Of a stretch of 64,000 nucleotides of DNA, positions 22,992 through 34,357 are shown one piece after another. Numbering within the stretch: position 1 is the stretch's first letter; every line of letters starts with the position of its first letter. Made by a program: the position numbers and the translations under genes. The notes under the pieces were generated by a model that worked only from the letters and a program-made list of their open reading frames with translations, ran no database searches and was not told where the DNA came from. Source of the stretch: Neophaeotheca triangularis (Eukaryota); contig BAAIJX010000030.1 of the NCBI GenBank assembly GCA_054600435.1, forward strand, positions 186,001 through 250,000. The letters run 5' to 3'.

Positions 22992-25603
22992 GGCCGCGTC
23001 GTTGCCTGCAGAAGGCCTCGAGGGGAGGGGAGCGTTTCTCTTCTCTTTCTGGCTCCCTCTCTTACAGGAGCATGTTGGTATCGTCGACTGGGATCAATTG
23101 CGCCACTGCTCGACTACTGGCGCAAAGTGAGCAAGCAGCCTTCATTCGCTCCCAAAGTTGCTGGCGGTTTCAAATGGGGTGGTGGTGGTGGACGGTTGAC
23201 AACGAATGCACCTTTCAGCTGTCGAACGAAGCTGGACTGCGCATGTGATGTTTCACAGCAACCTGAACCCGACGGAACGTGCCACACTCCACCTGCATTC
23301 ACTCGGGACGCTAGCTCGTGGCGGGGAAGAAAAGGGGCCAAAGCTTTTTCGACTTCATCCGCCAGATAAGACAACAGAAAGAAAGGCAGCGGTGGCAGTA
23401 TGTACCTTATCACGAACTCGGTACTAACTTGACGAACGAATGATCGAGGTCACAAAGACGAGTCAGACGAGAAGTCCTGCAGCGCTGCGAGCTGCTACAT
23501 TAGACGGTAAACCGCAATCAAGGGTGCCCTACTCTCGAGGTTGATCATAACCAGTCGGGTATCTACGAATGCTTCCGACGTACAGAGGTGAAATTATTGC
23601 ATCGGGCAAATCACAACACGAAATAGCCTGCCCATCGCTCCCCGTATCTCAACAACGGGAGCAATCATTCGATATCCATATCTCATGGCTGCGGTGCCGT
23701 CTTGTTTTCTTATGGTCGTTTTCGCCGGTCTATACAGCTCAAACTCTGACCCTATAGATACTCGGTACCGATAAATATGAACGATGACACCCCTGCATGC
23801 CAACTGGGATGATCAAGGACAGCCTCATTGAAAGGCTCTGACCGCTCGGAATAAGCCGAGGCTGGTGCAACGCCTGCTTCACCATCTGGCGAAAGCTTTG
23901 TGGACAAATCATACTTGCTCCGCTCGAAGCTCACCTCTTGCCCCCGACCAAGCCGCAGAGTAATTGAAAAGAACCTGGCGCCAGTCCAATCCCTGACTAC
24001 AGTGGCAGCTCAAAGCCTCGAGATTACGCCTTCGTCAAGCCGCCCTCTGGAGCGATACGAGTCTCAACACCCCACGACCAGAGCACGACTCAAACACCCG
24101 AAAGTCGTCGTCCGCTGCAACATGGATCTGCTCGAGTCGACCTCCATGGAGTTTTCGCTGGTGAAGAGTGGTGAATGGATGCAGATAGGTCCGTATCACT
24201 AGCTCGGACCAAGGAGTCGAGCCCCGGCAAAGTCCATCCACGTCTCCAAGGTCTACTCATCAAGCACGAACTAGCATCCAGTCACGCACGGCGTGGGGCT
24301 ACAAGGCTCCATCCAACCGCGACCTTTGCCCGAAGCAGGAACAACACGTAGACCACGCGGCAGGATCAGCGGTTTCACGAGAGTCGTCCCGAAGATGGCT
24401 CTGGGTTTCGAAGGTTCCAGTCCGCTCCATTTACTTTGATCTCGTATCGTGAGCCGGAATAGACGACGATCCAGAGGTCAAAAGCTCAATCGCATGGAAC
24501 CGGGTGCATTGGGCGGCGTTCCTAACAGCGAATGCCTTTGGAAGGTGGCATCCATGAAGTGAACGCTGCTCTGTTACGCCCAAAGCCGAGGATCTGGCCT
24601 GATCGTTTGCAGTCACGCACGGCCTGCTGCAAGATTCAGGGGGTCCCTCCTGGCGCTTCTGCGATTGGCGGGCCGCGCCTATCGTCCTTACTTGTCGCAA
24701 GTCGAATCATAAATAGCTGGAAACCTTCCGAAATTGCCACTACAAGAATGTACATCGGACGGCGACCGTTGTAGTCATGAAGAGGTGGAAAAATGTGGCC
24801 TCGTGGGGAAGGAACTGCATGGTCAGGCAAAGTATAGCGGTAGACTTCTAGCCGACATCCTATATTTTGAGGAGAGCTTTACCAGCCGAATGACCCAAAA
24901 CGCCACCAGCGCTCGCTGTCCAAGCGCTCGTCAGTACGATCAAGATGCATATCTTGCATCAGGGGTAAAGGTCAAAAGCAAGCTTGGAAGACCACGACTG
25001 GCTCACGGCTCTGCGCCGAGGAGACCGCCGCGCCCAAACCGCGCTTGATCTGCCTGACCGCCACAGGCAACCATCGTGGCGCTGCCGCCAAGTCTTGCCA
25101 GGACGTGGTTGGTCAAGTGAGGACGTCGCCGACCTAACCCTAGTGCTCCGTGCACGCGCACAGTAACAAAACTCGCGACGCGCGCTCTCCGAACGTTCCT
25201 TTCTTCTTTCCTCCCGCCCACCCACACCAACATCTGCCTCCACTGCCTGCACATTGACAACACGCACTCTGCCTGGTGTGAACAATCATCCAGACACCAC
25301 AAGACATTGTTTCAAGTCTCTGCAGGTGTATATCAGTACTGCAACGTCACTGCGCAAGTTCTGCGACCTCTTCGCTAACAATACGCGATCAAGACACGCT
25401 GTAAGCTCCAGCTCCGGCTCGCAAGCTCACTTGCATCCCAGCTGCACTACACAGCACACCTCAAGTGTGCCGCTGAGTATATCAACCACATATCCGACTT
25501 CAACACACTTGACGCACTTCAACAGTCGTCAAGCATCTTTCTCTCTGCCCAAACCTCTTCCCTCTCCACCCACACAACAATTCAACCACACCACATCGCG
25601 GCC

Positions 25604-27451
25604 ATGGAGAGCCACCGCGACAACTCCCGCGATCCTTCCAAGGATTACGAGGGCTCCAACGCTAGACGCGACCTCTCCTACAATCCTTACACCGGGAACG
25701 AACTTCAGGAAGAGGGTGAGAAAATTCTGGCGGCCAACCAAGGCAAGCTGAGCAAGTACGAGAAGGAACAGAGGGAGCTCGCTCGTAAGCGTAAACAGGA
25801 TCAGAAAGATGACGACGAGGCTGTCAAGAGGGAGGCGCAATACTTCGGTGCTGCGCCGGCCGTCGCGCAATCTACATCCCAGCGTACCAGCCGTCCCAGA
25901 GCCATTGACGAGCACCGAGCTAAGAATGCTAAACCCGGAGAAGCAGTTCCCGCTACCCTGGCACGCAAAGTTGGTAGCACCACTTACCTGACCATGTGTG
26001 TGGAGAACGTTGGGCCAGAGTCCCCAGTCGAGATAGTCCTACAGGAGTTCTCAGATGAAGCCTACAGCAAAGTCATCGACCATTGTGTGATCAAGGGCTC
26101 CGGCCACCACGATATGGACGTCGCAGAGGAGGAAAAGATCAACCTCGCATACCTGTTTGTCTTCAACGAGAACGTCGGAGAAGACCAACTCGAAAGGTAC
26201 GTGAAGGAGGTCGACGGGACGTACCTGGGTTGGGGCTACAGGTTGAAGGCCTACCGGCACACTAAGACGCAGTACGACAAGGCGGCGGAGATGCCGCAAC
26301 CCAGGATCAAGATCGAGAGGCCGTGGAAGGCCAGGAAGCCAGAGCGCCAGGACCGGGACCACCTCAACGCCCCAATCCAAGGGAGGGAGCACCTCGTGGT
26401 GGACCTGACAAAGGCCATGCCACTGCCCAGGATCCGGGCCATCCACGCCATCGTCGACAACCTCCTCGAGGACGAGGAGAGGCTGGAGGTGAACGAGCAT
26501 GCGCTCCGGCAGTCCTTCGCCATGAGAGAGGAGTACTCGTGGTGGTTCGACTGCACCACTCTCGAGAACGCCTACTACACCTGGTTGATGGCGCACGGAT
26601 TTGGGGCCAATGAGGCGGAGGAGCGGAAGCAGTACGCGCTTGGCGCCGAGAAGGGCGTGTACAAATACCATCGTGTGGATGACACCCTTCCCGTCGACTT
26701 CATTCCGCCATACCAGGCAGTACACTTTCAGTACTTGAAGAACATGGAGGGTGTCCGCACCGATCCCAGCGCTGCGACCGCCAAGTACGACATAGAGGAC
26801 CAAGACGAGGCCATGGACCCCCAAGCGGGCATGCATTTGGACCCCGTGCAGAAGGCCGAATTCCACGACCTCTTGCGCGGCCTTTCCCTCAACGCCGCGC
26901 AGACTGGTCACCGCTACGGCGGCTACAGCGCAGTCACCGCGTGCGCGATCAAGCTGGCGAGCCGCACGCCCAAGGACATCGTCGAGCTCTACTGCTTGAA
27001 CGTCACGTGCCCTCTTAAGCTAATGCAGGGGATGCCGAACGATGTGCCCTTCATGTCGCGCTCCCGCGAGGAGCAAAGCGCCAACCTCGAGGAAGGCGGC
27101 AAGCTGGAGGACGCGCGCCACCTTGGCCTGATGGCCATCTCCGATCTGCTCGAGTCCGTCATCGCCAACCAGATCAACGGGGGCCCCAACAGGTACCCGG
27201 AGCTCTTCTACGACTGCTTCCGTGAGTACCAGACGTTCTACGATCTCGGCCGCTTGATGATCCGTGGCGAGGGCAAGTTCCAGTTCTCGCGCCACGTCAA
27301 GAAGATCAAGAACGTTTTGCGCTTGTGGAACGGCCAGGGCATGATGGTGGCGGTCTTCTCGCAGGAGAAGGTTGCCGAGTTCATGGAGGAGTTCAAGCGT
27401 GGCCTCAACGACGTCCAGGCTGTCAACGAGGCGGATTGGCAGGAGTGGTAG
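25604..27451 (+). CDS. Highly diverged SR140/U2SURP-like protein (degenerate RRM - SURP - CID order), 615 aa, single exon
   Basis: Long ORF with strong coding bias. Collinear resemblance to fungal U2 snRNP-associated SURP proteins: LSKYEKEQRELARKRK, DGTYLGWGYRL, IHAIVDNLL..EEYSWWFD...YYTWL, LDPVQKAEFHDLL, LGLMAISDLL, NVLRLWNG. The CDS is well supported; the family assignment is by eye. Confidence 0.7.
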   Translation: MESHRDNSRDPSKDYEGSNARRDLSYNPYTGNELQEEGEKILAANQGKLSKYEKEQRELARKRKQDQKDDDEAVKREAQYFGAAPAVAQSTSQRTSRPRAIDEHRAKNAKPGEAVPATLARKVGSTTYLTMCVENVGPESPVEIVLQEFSDEAYSKVIDHCVIKGSGHHDMDVAEEEKINLAYLFVFNENVGEDQLERYVKEVDGTYLGWGYRLKAYRHTKTQYDKAAEMPQPRIKIERPWKARKPERQDRDHLNAPIQGREHLVVDLTKAMPLPRIRAIHAIVDNLLEDEERLEVNEHALRQSFAMREEYSWWFDCTTLENAYYTWLMAHGFGANEAEERKQYALGAEKGVYKYHRVDDTLPVDFIPPYQAVHFQYLKNMEGVRTDPSAATAKYDIEDQDEAMDPQAGMHLDPVQKAEFHDLLRGLSLNAAQTGHRYGGYSAVTACAIKLASRTPKDIVELYCLNVTCPLKLMQGMPNDVPFMSRSREEQSANLEEGGKLEDARHLGLMAISDLLESVIANQINGGPNRYPELFYDCFREYQTFYDLGRLMIRGEGKFQFSRHVKKIKNVLRLWNGQGMMVAVFSQEKVAEFMEEFKRGLNDVQAVNEADWQEW

Positions 27452-27480
27452 AGGAGGGGAGGGGAGGGGAGGGAGGGGTT

Positions 27481-27545
27481 GAGAGGAGAGGAGAGGAGAG
27501 GAGAGGAGAGGAGAGGAGAGGAGAGGAGAGGAGAGGAGAGGAGAG
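27481..27545. repeat. (GAGAG)13 pentanucleotide microsatellite inside a purine-rich tract
   Basis: 13 perfect copies read directly, starting 30 nt after the stop codon at 27451. Confidence 0.97.
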
Positions 27546-27945
27546 GAGGTGAGGGGTAAGGGTGGAGGGGGAGGTGGATGTGGGAGAAGCATGCACGGTG
27601 AGCGACAAAGGGCGTTTTGTAGATAGTAGTTTGCTACTAGGTAGTTCTTGCTACGAAACCTTGTCTGTCGCGTGTCATTGCTTTCCACTGCTCTCGCGAA
27701 AATCCGAGATTGTTGCGTGAAATGCCGAGGTGAATAATGCTGAAGGCTGCTGAGCCATACAATGCGATGAATTGAGCCGGCCAGTGAGTTCTTCCAGACT
27801 GCTGGGTAAGAAACCAAGCAGTGAACAAAGCGGTAAAGGTGACATGCAAACAAAATTACACTTTACACGCTTTAATCAAGGGTATCTACCTCCACTACAT
27901 CAACACCAGAGCATTCCATCTCATTTCACGACTTCCGACCCTCAC

Positions 27946-29439
27946 TCATCCTTCGCTAGCATCCATGCCATCCCTCGACCTCTTCCCTCCCCCTTTCGCC
28001 CTGCCCCCCGAAATCCCCTTGCCCTTTCCCTTATCCCTCTTCTCATGCGCCGCTTTCATCTCCGTAACCGCCACCCGTTGCGCCTCACCAACCCTCTCAG
28101 CAAAAACCATAACCTCCTGCCTCTCCATTGTATGCTCATCCAGCTTCTTGCCCAAAGCCTTCTCAATCCTTTGGAAAATCTCAATATCATACTGCGTGAC
28201 AATGGAAATCGCGACACCGCTTTTACCCGCTCGCGCCGTACGGCCCACGCGGTGCACGTAAGTTTTTGAATCCGGAGGCAGGTCGTAGTTGAGCACAAGG
28301 TCCACGGAGGGGATGTCGAGACCGCGCGCGGCGACGTCAGTGGCGACGAGGATGTCGCGCGAGCCCGAGCGGAATTTGTTCAGAGCGCCCAGGCGCGCGG
28401 ATTGGTTCATTTGGCCGTGCAGGGGGATGGCGCTGCGGCCGAGGGCGCGCAGCAGGAAGGCCAGGCGTTGGGTTTCGTTTACCGTGCGCGTGAAGAGGAT
28501 GCAGGATTGGCCGGCGAAGTCGTGGAGGAGGGCTATCAGGTAGATGTCTTTGTGTTTGTGCGGGATGAAGAGGTAGCGCTGCATGAGGTTTTTGACGGTC
28601 TGGTAGGAGCTGTCGGAAATGGAGACGCGGACGGGGCTTTGGAGCGCCGCGCGCGTGAGGTTGTCGAGTTTGGTCGACATCGTGGCAGAGAAAAGCATGG
28701 TTCGTCGCTCGCGGGGAAGGACTTTGAGGACTTTATCGAGGATGGGGCCGAAGTCGAGGTCGAGCAGGCGGTCTGCTTCGTCCAAGACGAGGTATTTGAG
28801 GTGCCGGAGCGAGAAGCCTTTGGTGTTTTCGAGGTGGTCGAGGAGCCGGCCAGGCGTTGCTACGACGATGTGAGGCTTTTTCCCGAGCGCTATGGATTGC
28901 GGTACCATGTCCATGCCACCTACTATGACTGCGCAGCGGACGCTTATCAGGCTTCCCAGCGCTTCGATTTGTTGGGAGATCTGGTAAGCAAGTTCGCGGG
29001 TAGGGGCGAGGATGAGACCGAACATGGGCTGTGCCTTTTCGAGGAGGGCTTGGAGCATAGGGAGCGCAAAGGCGGCTGTTTTGCCACTGCCAGTTTCCGC
29101 AAGGCCTATGATGTCCTGCCCCTTGAGCGCAAGTGGTATTGATTCGCTCTGGATGGCAGTTGGTGTCGTGAAGCCGAGGGAATCGCAGGCCTCGCAGAGG
29201 GCTTCGTTGACGCCGAGCTCGCTAAAGGTTTTTGCAGGTGCCTTTGGTGCCGCAAGCCCTTCTTCTTCGTCCTCTACTGCTCCGTCTTGCGTTCGTACAT
29301 TTTCTTCCTCGCTTTCATCGCCGCTCGACTGTCCCTCCTCTGGCTGGGGATTACGAATTGGGCCAGGCTCTTGCTGCTTGGTCTCTTCACGTGGGGCCCC
29401 GCCAGAGGACTCGACCTTCCTTTTCTTGAATGCCGGCAT
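27946..29439 (-). CDS. RRP3: ATP-dependent rRNA helicase Rrp3 (DEAD-box, DDX47 family)
   Basis: [54 protein letters not shown]. Confidence 0.96.
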   Translation of the reverse strand: MPAFKKRKVESSGGAPREETKQQEPGPIRNPQPEEGQSSGDESEEENVRTQDGAVEDEEEGLAAPKAPAKTFSELGVNEALCEACDSLGFTTPTAIQSESIPLALKGQDIIGLAETGSGKTAAFALPMLQALLEKAQPMFGLILAPTRELAYQISQQIEALGSLISVRCAVIVGGMDMVPQSIALGKKPHIVVATPGRLLDHLENTKGFSLRHLKYLVLDEADRLLDLDFGPILDKVLKVLPRERRTMLFSATMSTKLDNLTRAALQSPVRVSISDSSYQTVKNLMQRYLFIPHKHKDIYLIALLHDFAGQSCILFTRTVNETQRLAFLLRALGRSAIPLHGQMNQSARLGALNKFRSGSRDILVATDVAARGLDIPSVDLVLNYDLPPDSKTYVHRVGRTARAGKSGVAISIVTQYDIEIFQRIEKALGKKLDEHTMERQEVMVFAERVGEAQRVAVTEMKAAHEKRDKGKGKGISGGRAKGGGKRSRDGMDASEG

Positions 29440-29668
29440 CTTGACACCTTTCTTACTGGTGATTTGTTGGGGATGGTGGTGATGTTGCGCCCGCTATCGA
29501 GTCTTCTCTCCAGAAAATGTTCAAGATGCGGTTGACCGTTATCTTATCTTATCGTTTATCGGGCTTCGGATCTAAGCGGCTGCATCTGGAAATTCTCGAG
29601 CTCGTCTCAAGCTTTGCATGTGAAGAACAAAAGCATCTCTTCCTCTACACACACCACAACATCCAACC
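29440..29668. promoter_or_regulatory. Bidirectional promoter shared by RRP3 and SSF1, with clustered TTATC(G) motifs
   Basis: 229 bp between divergent ATGs. GTTATCTTATCTTATCGTTTATCG lies at about 29538-29561. Confidence 0.7.
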
Positions 29669-31066
29669 ATGGCCAAGAAGAGAACGAAGAAGCGCACTCA
29701 TGTCGGCGCGCCAGGCAAAGTCCCGGCGCCTGGCCGTATGCCTGCTCCAGGAAATGCTCCCTCCAAGCCCGGAGATCGGACGCCCAAGTCAATGGTTATT
29801 CGTGTTGGCGCCGGTGATGTCGGACCCAGTGTGTCGCAGCTCGTCAAGGATGTGAGGAGCATGATGGAACCCTCAACAGCAACGCGTCTGCGAGAGCGAA
29901 AGAGTAACAAGCTGCGTGATTTTACTTCCATGGCTGGACCTCTCGGAGTCTCCCATCTTCTGTTATTCAGCCGGAGTAGCAGCGGCAACACCAACCTTAG
30001 ACTGGCTCTGACTCCTAGGGGTCCAACTTTCCATTTCAGAGTCGAGAAGTACAGTCTGTGCAAGGATGTACACAAGAGCATGAAGCGGCCGAAAACCGGC
30101 GGTAGCGAATACCTCCACCCTCCTCTGCTTGTCATGAACAACTTCTCCTCCCAGGCGCAGGATGACACCAAAGATTCAGAGAAGGCGCAACCGCCACAGA
30201 TACCCAAGCATCTCGAGAGCTTGACAACAACAGTCTTCCAATCCCTCTTCCCGCCTATCAATCCCACCGCAACACCTCTAAAATCGATTAAGCGCATCAT
30301 GCTATGCGATCGCGCCCCTTCTGTACCGACAGCCGACTCCGCAAACTACGTCCTCAACCTTCGTCACTACGCCATCGAAACCCGCACCGCCAAATCAGTA
30401 CCAAAAGCCCTGCGAAAGCTCGACCAAGCAGACAAAACCACGCGCTCTGGTGTCAAGCGCAAAAAGGGCAGCTTCCCGAATCTCGGAAAGCTAAACGATG
30501 TTTCAGACTACCTCTTAGACCCGCACGCAGCAGACGGCTTCACCTCCGGCAGCGAGAGCGAGCCGGAAACCGACGCCGAAGTCGAAGTGTTGCACACGAG
30601 CGCGCAGCGAACTCAGCGCAAGAAAGCCCAGCAAGAGCAACAGCAGCAGGGCGCTTCAGATCGCCGTGACCCGGCTGCGCGCACACGTGTCGAGCGCAAG
30701 GGCATCAAACTCCACGAACTGGGACCGCGGTTGCGGCTGCGGCTGACGAAAGTGGAGGAAGGCTTGTGCGGAGGCAAGGTCATGTGGCACGAGTACATCC
30801 ACAAGTCGAAGGAGGAGCTGAAGGCCATGGACAAGGCTCACGAGAAGAGGCGACAAGAGAAGGAGGCTAGGAAGGCTGAGCAGAGGGCTAATGTGGAGAG
30901 GAAGCGAGCGGAGCGCAAGTCGAGGGGTGAGCCGGAGGTGCAGTCTGGAGATGAGGAGGACGAGGAGGATATGGACGATGATGACGATGAGTGGGACGAT
31001 GACGAGTTTGAGGGCGAGGATGGGGACGTTGAGGCTGGGGCTGACGACGAGGAGATGCAGGAGTGA
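29669..31066 (+). CDS. SSF1: Brix-domain ribosome biogenesis protein Ssf1/Peter Pan
   Basis: MAKKRTKKRTH, PKSMVIR, MEPSTATRLRERKSNKLRDF, GPLGVSH, PRGPT, ELGPRLRLRLTKVEEG, acidic tail. Confidence 0.95.
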   Translation: MAKKRTKKRTHVGAPGKVPAPGRMPAPGNAPSKPGDRTPKSMVIRVGAGDVGPSVSQLVKDVRSMMEPSTATRLRERKSNKLRDFTSMAGPLGVSHLLLFSRSSSGNTNLRLALTPRGPTFHFRVEKYSLCKDVHKSMKRPKTGGSEYLHPPLLVMNNFSSQAQDDTKDSEKAQPPQIPKHLESLTTTVFQSLFPPINPTATPLKSIKRIMLCDRAPSVPTADSANYVLNLRHYAIETRTAKSVPKALRKLDQADKTTRSGVKRKKGSFPNLGKLNDVSDYLLDPHAADGFTSGSESEPETDAEVEVLHTSAQRTQRKKAQQEQQQQGASDRRDPAARTRVERKGIKLHELGPRLRLRLTKVEEGLCGGKVMWHEYIHKSKEELKAMDKAHEKRRQEKEARKAEQRANVERKRAERKSRGEPEVQSGDEEDEEDMDDDDDEWDDDEFEGEDGDVEAGADDEEMQE

Positions 31067-31345
31067 GGGTGTTATAGGCTTGTGTACAAAAGATACCCGG
31101 CGAGAATGCCATTGATCAGTCTTCTGTTCTGTGTCGAATTATGGTCACGATGTTTTGCCCATGCTCACGCACTGCTTTGTACCGAAGCCTTGAAGCTGCA
31201 CGAACATCTCGATGCCGGGTCGAACAGGCTGTACACGAGATCATCGCCAACCGGCAAGCAAAACTTGTCGGCGAATAATGTAAAATGCCAGGACTCTATC
31301 AAGTGCAAACGCTCAAGCCCCTAAAACCACCCAAGTACAGCCCAC

Positions 31346-33465
31346 TCAAACCTTCCGCTTCAACAACCCCTTAAAAAAATCGAAGGAATTGCTATCACTT
31401 TGCAACTCCCACGTCCTACCGGTCGGACGATCCTCCCATCCCAACTCCTCCGCAACCAACAGGCCCCAATCCTTCGTAATTCCTTTTATCCTCGCTCTCA
31501 CCCCCCCTTCCTGCTCCAGCGTCACAATCTGCTCGCCATGCAACCAAGCCTTGTAGTACAGCTCCCTAAAGCGCTCATCAAAACCCGAGCGACAGAAGTC
31601 CGTATATAGCATCTCGAACTGGGAAAGAATTGACGCGAGAAGCTTCTCCAGCGTCGGGGGCGGTAGGTTGTAGTGCTCGCACAGCGTAGCCAGCGAGGTC
31701 GTGGGCGACGAATTCAGCACATTCAGCCCGATGCCGGGAATCAGCGTGTAGTCGCCGCCGCTATAGGAGGAGTTGACCAGGATGCCGCCGATTTTGACGT
31801 AGTCGTCGCGTTTGCTGGCGGCGATGTTGTCGCTTTTGAGCCTGGGGGACTTGGTCGGGCCGAGGGCGTAGATGTCGTTGGGCCATTTTAGCCGGATCGG
31901 GAGCCGCTCGTAGCCGGTGTCGTAGTTGCGGATGCCTGCGCTGATGGCTAGGGCTGCTATGTATTGGATGAAGACTACGGGGGCGGTTTGGGAGAGTGCC
32001 ATACTGTGTCGCATGACGGTGCTGAACATTAGGCTGCCTGGGGGGGAGACCCAGACGTTCGCACCGCGGCCACGGCCGGCGACCTGGCGGGTTGCGGTCG
32101 CGGTTGTGCCGGTTGGAAGGGTTGCGAGGAGAGTCGGGTTCTTTTCTAAGAGGGTGGAGGTCGAGGTGACGGTTTCGCCGTAGAGGAGGATTTTGCCGAA
32201 GGCATGCGGCGAAGTGGTTTTGGTGTCGTATTCGGAGAGGCTGGAGAAGAATGCAGAATGCGAGAATGGAGGCGGCCCTGCGATTGAAGGCGGCGTCTCT
32301 TCGTGCGCCATCAGATGTTTCGTTTGAACGTTGTAATCAGGGGTAGCCGAGGCGTCGTCCTGTGTTGAATTCGCTTCTTTGATAGCCCTGGCTATGGCCT
32401 CCATGTCGAAAGTGCTGCCCTTGGTCAGCTGGAAAGTGTCGTTTTCGCCCACAATAACTTCGTGCTCGCCATCTCTGCTGATCAGCTTTTCGTCTTGCCA
32501 ACTGCGAAGTAGCTTGGTCACCGCGCTAGGAGTACTTGAGCAGAGATGAAGTGCAGATAGCTGTGGCAGGGCTTGCGTCTCCTCGCTCACTGTGAGGCCT
32601 AATTTGGAAAGGCATGCCCCCATGAAACTTGAACGCTTCTTCTCGTCGGTGGTTAGTGCTGACACGATAGAGGGCAGATTTGGATTTGCCGGGTCTGTGG
32701 TCCCTATGCTCCCACCAGAGAACCTGTAATTATTGTTAGCAAGGCTTCGTGAGGGGTTCCCGGATAGTGAACGTACTCAGGATGCGGACCAGTAAGTATG
32801 ACGTTCCCATCGCCGTTCTTGCAATAGACCACGGCTGCCTTTCCCTTGCCAGACTCCACGGCAAGCTCGCCGCCATAGCTTGCAAGTATCTCAACATGTT
32901 TGCCAACCCACTTCTCGGCATCAACGAAGACGCCGCCTCCGTTGTAATAGCTTCTGAAATCTTCCAGCGAGCCCGCGACATTGGAAGGGAAGGCAGACTT
33001 GTTGATCTTGAGCTCAGCCGCTCTCGTACCAGCCTCGCTATGGTAAACGAACCCCGGAAAAGCTAGGCCTCGACATGTTCCTGGGAAGAAGCTGAGCTCG
33101 CGATCACCAACAACCTCCATGCCCTCTTTGACCTTGCCAACCTCAAACTCGCACTTCTCAGAGCCGTAGTAGCCTCCAGCGCAAAGACCAAGATAGGCGC
33201 CTCCCATAGATACATAGTTCTTGATGCGCCTATTGCCCTCGCCATTGAGCACTCGACAATAGCCCATATCGGCACCGCCAGGCATGACCAGCAGAGCGCA
33301 TGAGGCCGTCCACGGTTCCTTGAGAAACTGTTCGCTTGTGATTGGAAGGACGGCGTAGTTGGTCCCAACTAGGTTACGAAGGCAGTCTGTAGCATGACGG
33401 ACCGAGTTTGGCGCCGCTCCTGATCCGGTGTATACGAGGATATTGATACGTTTGTTGGCAGACAT
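31346..33465 (-). CDS. BPL1: Biotin-protein ligase (holocarboxylase synthetase), 2 exons (intron 32724-32776)
   Basis: N-terminal BPL_N domain (LLVMPGGAD, YLGLCAGGYY, TGPHPEF across the splice). Catalytic QVAGRGRGANVW, KWPND, KIGGIL, and C-terminal NSFDFFKGL. Confidence 0.95.
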
Positions 33466-33584
33466 GATCGCTGGTTTGAGTGGCGAAAAAGGTCACGTGC
33501 TGACGTGGACTATGCGCGTTCGCGGTATTTCTTCTCGTTCCTTGCGATTTGGCCTTAGACACTTGGATTGACTTGTGCCACACA

Positions 33585-34052
33585 ATGTCGACTACCGAGC
33601 AACAAAAGAAACGCGTAGAGCCCGTTGAAGACGACGATGAGCCTGATGAGTGGTGGGCAAACCGGACCCGAATGCTCTGGCTTACTAGTCTAGACCTTGC
33701 TAACGGCCAACAGGGACAAGCGAATCTTCAGTACTGGATGCGCGGGTAAGTCGACAAGGGTGTCCTTTTTGCCCCTGTTTGAGCCAACGACTGACTTCCT
33801 GCAGACGAAAACGCGAAGCTGAACGATTGCTTCTACGAAAAGAAGGACTGGAGAGCTTGTAAGAACGAGGTAAGTGCGAAGGAGAAGCGTGACATGTACC
33901 GGTTCCAAAATCGCCGCGGGTCGCGAAAAAGACGGTATCCAGTAGTGCAAGTCGGGCAAATCTTACTGATCGGTTGACATCAGATGGAGGCCTTCAAGCA
34001 GTGTTGGAAGAGGCAGGGCAACGTTCAAAGGACTGATGCCAAAGATGTCTGA
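33585..34052 (+). CDS. COA4: Cytochrome c oxidase assembly factor Coa4 (twin CX9C), 4 exons (introns 33653-33713, 33746-33804, 33870-33983); not recovered as a single ORF in the track
   Basis: Spliced product MSTTEQQKKRVEPVEDDDEPDEWDKRIFSTGCADENAKLNDCFYEKKDWRACKNEMEAFKQCWKRQGNVQRTDAKDV. Two CX9C motifs and the Coa4-type PDxWDxRIxxTGC. Confidence 0.9.
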
Positions 34053-34357
34053 TGAGAGAGAGGGCGCAGCGAGCTGCAAGGAAGGACCGCCCGTGGCCAA
34101 GGGAGGTCTGCACTGTGCCTGTTTAAGAGCTAGACACGCACCAGTCGTTGATAGTCGTCGTTTCAATGCCGTCCCAAACAGGAAGGCAAGAAGCAATCGT
34201 CTCGTTTCGCCACACCCGTGGACCTTAGGTATCGCAAGCTGTATGCTTCGACGTCATGGTTTTCGTGAAGCTCGGACCAGGATGGGACAATAGTAGCTCT
34301 CTGAAGTTCAACATGTAGACTCTATAATTCATGCGTTGTGTAGACACTCCTCACACC

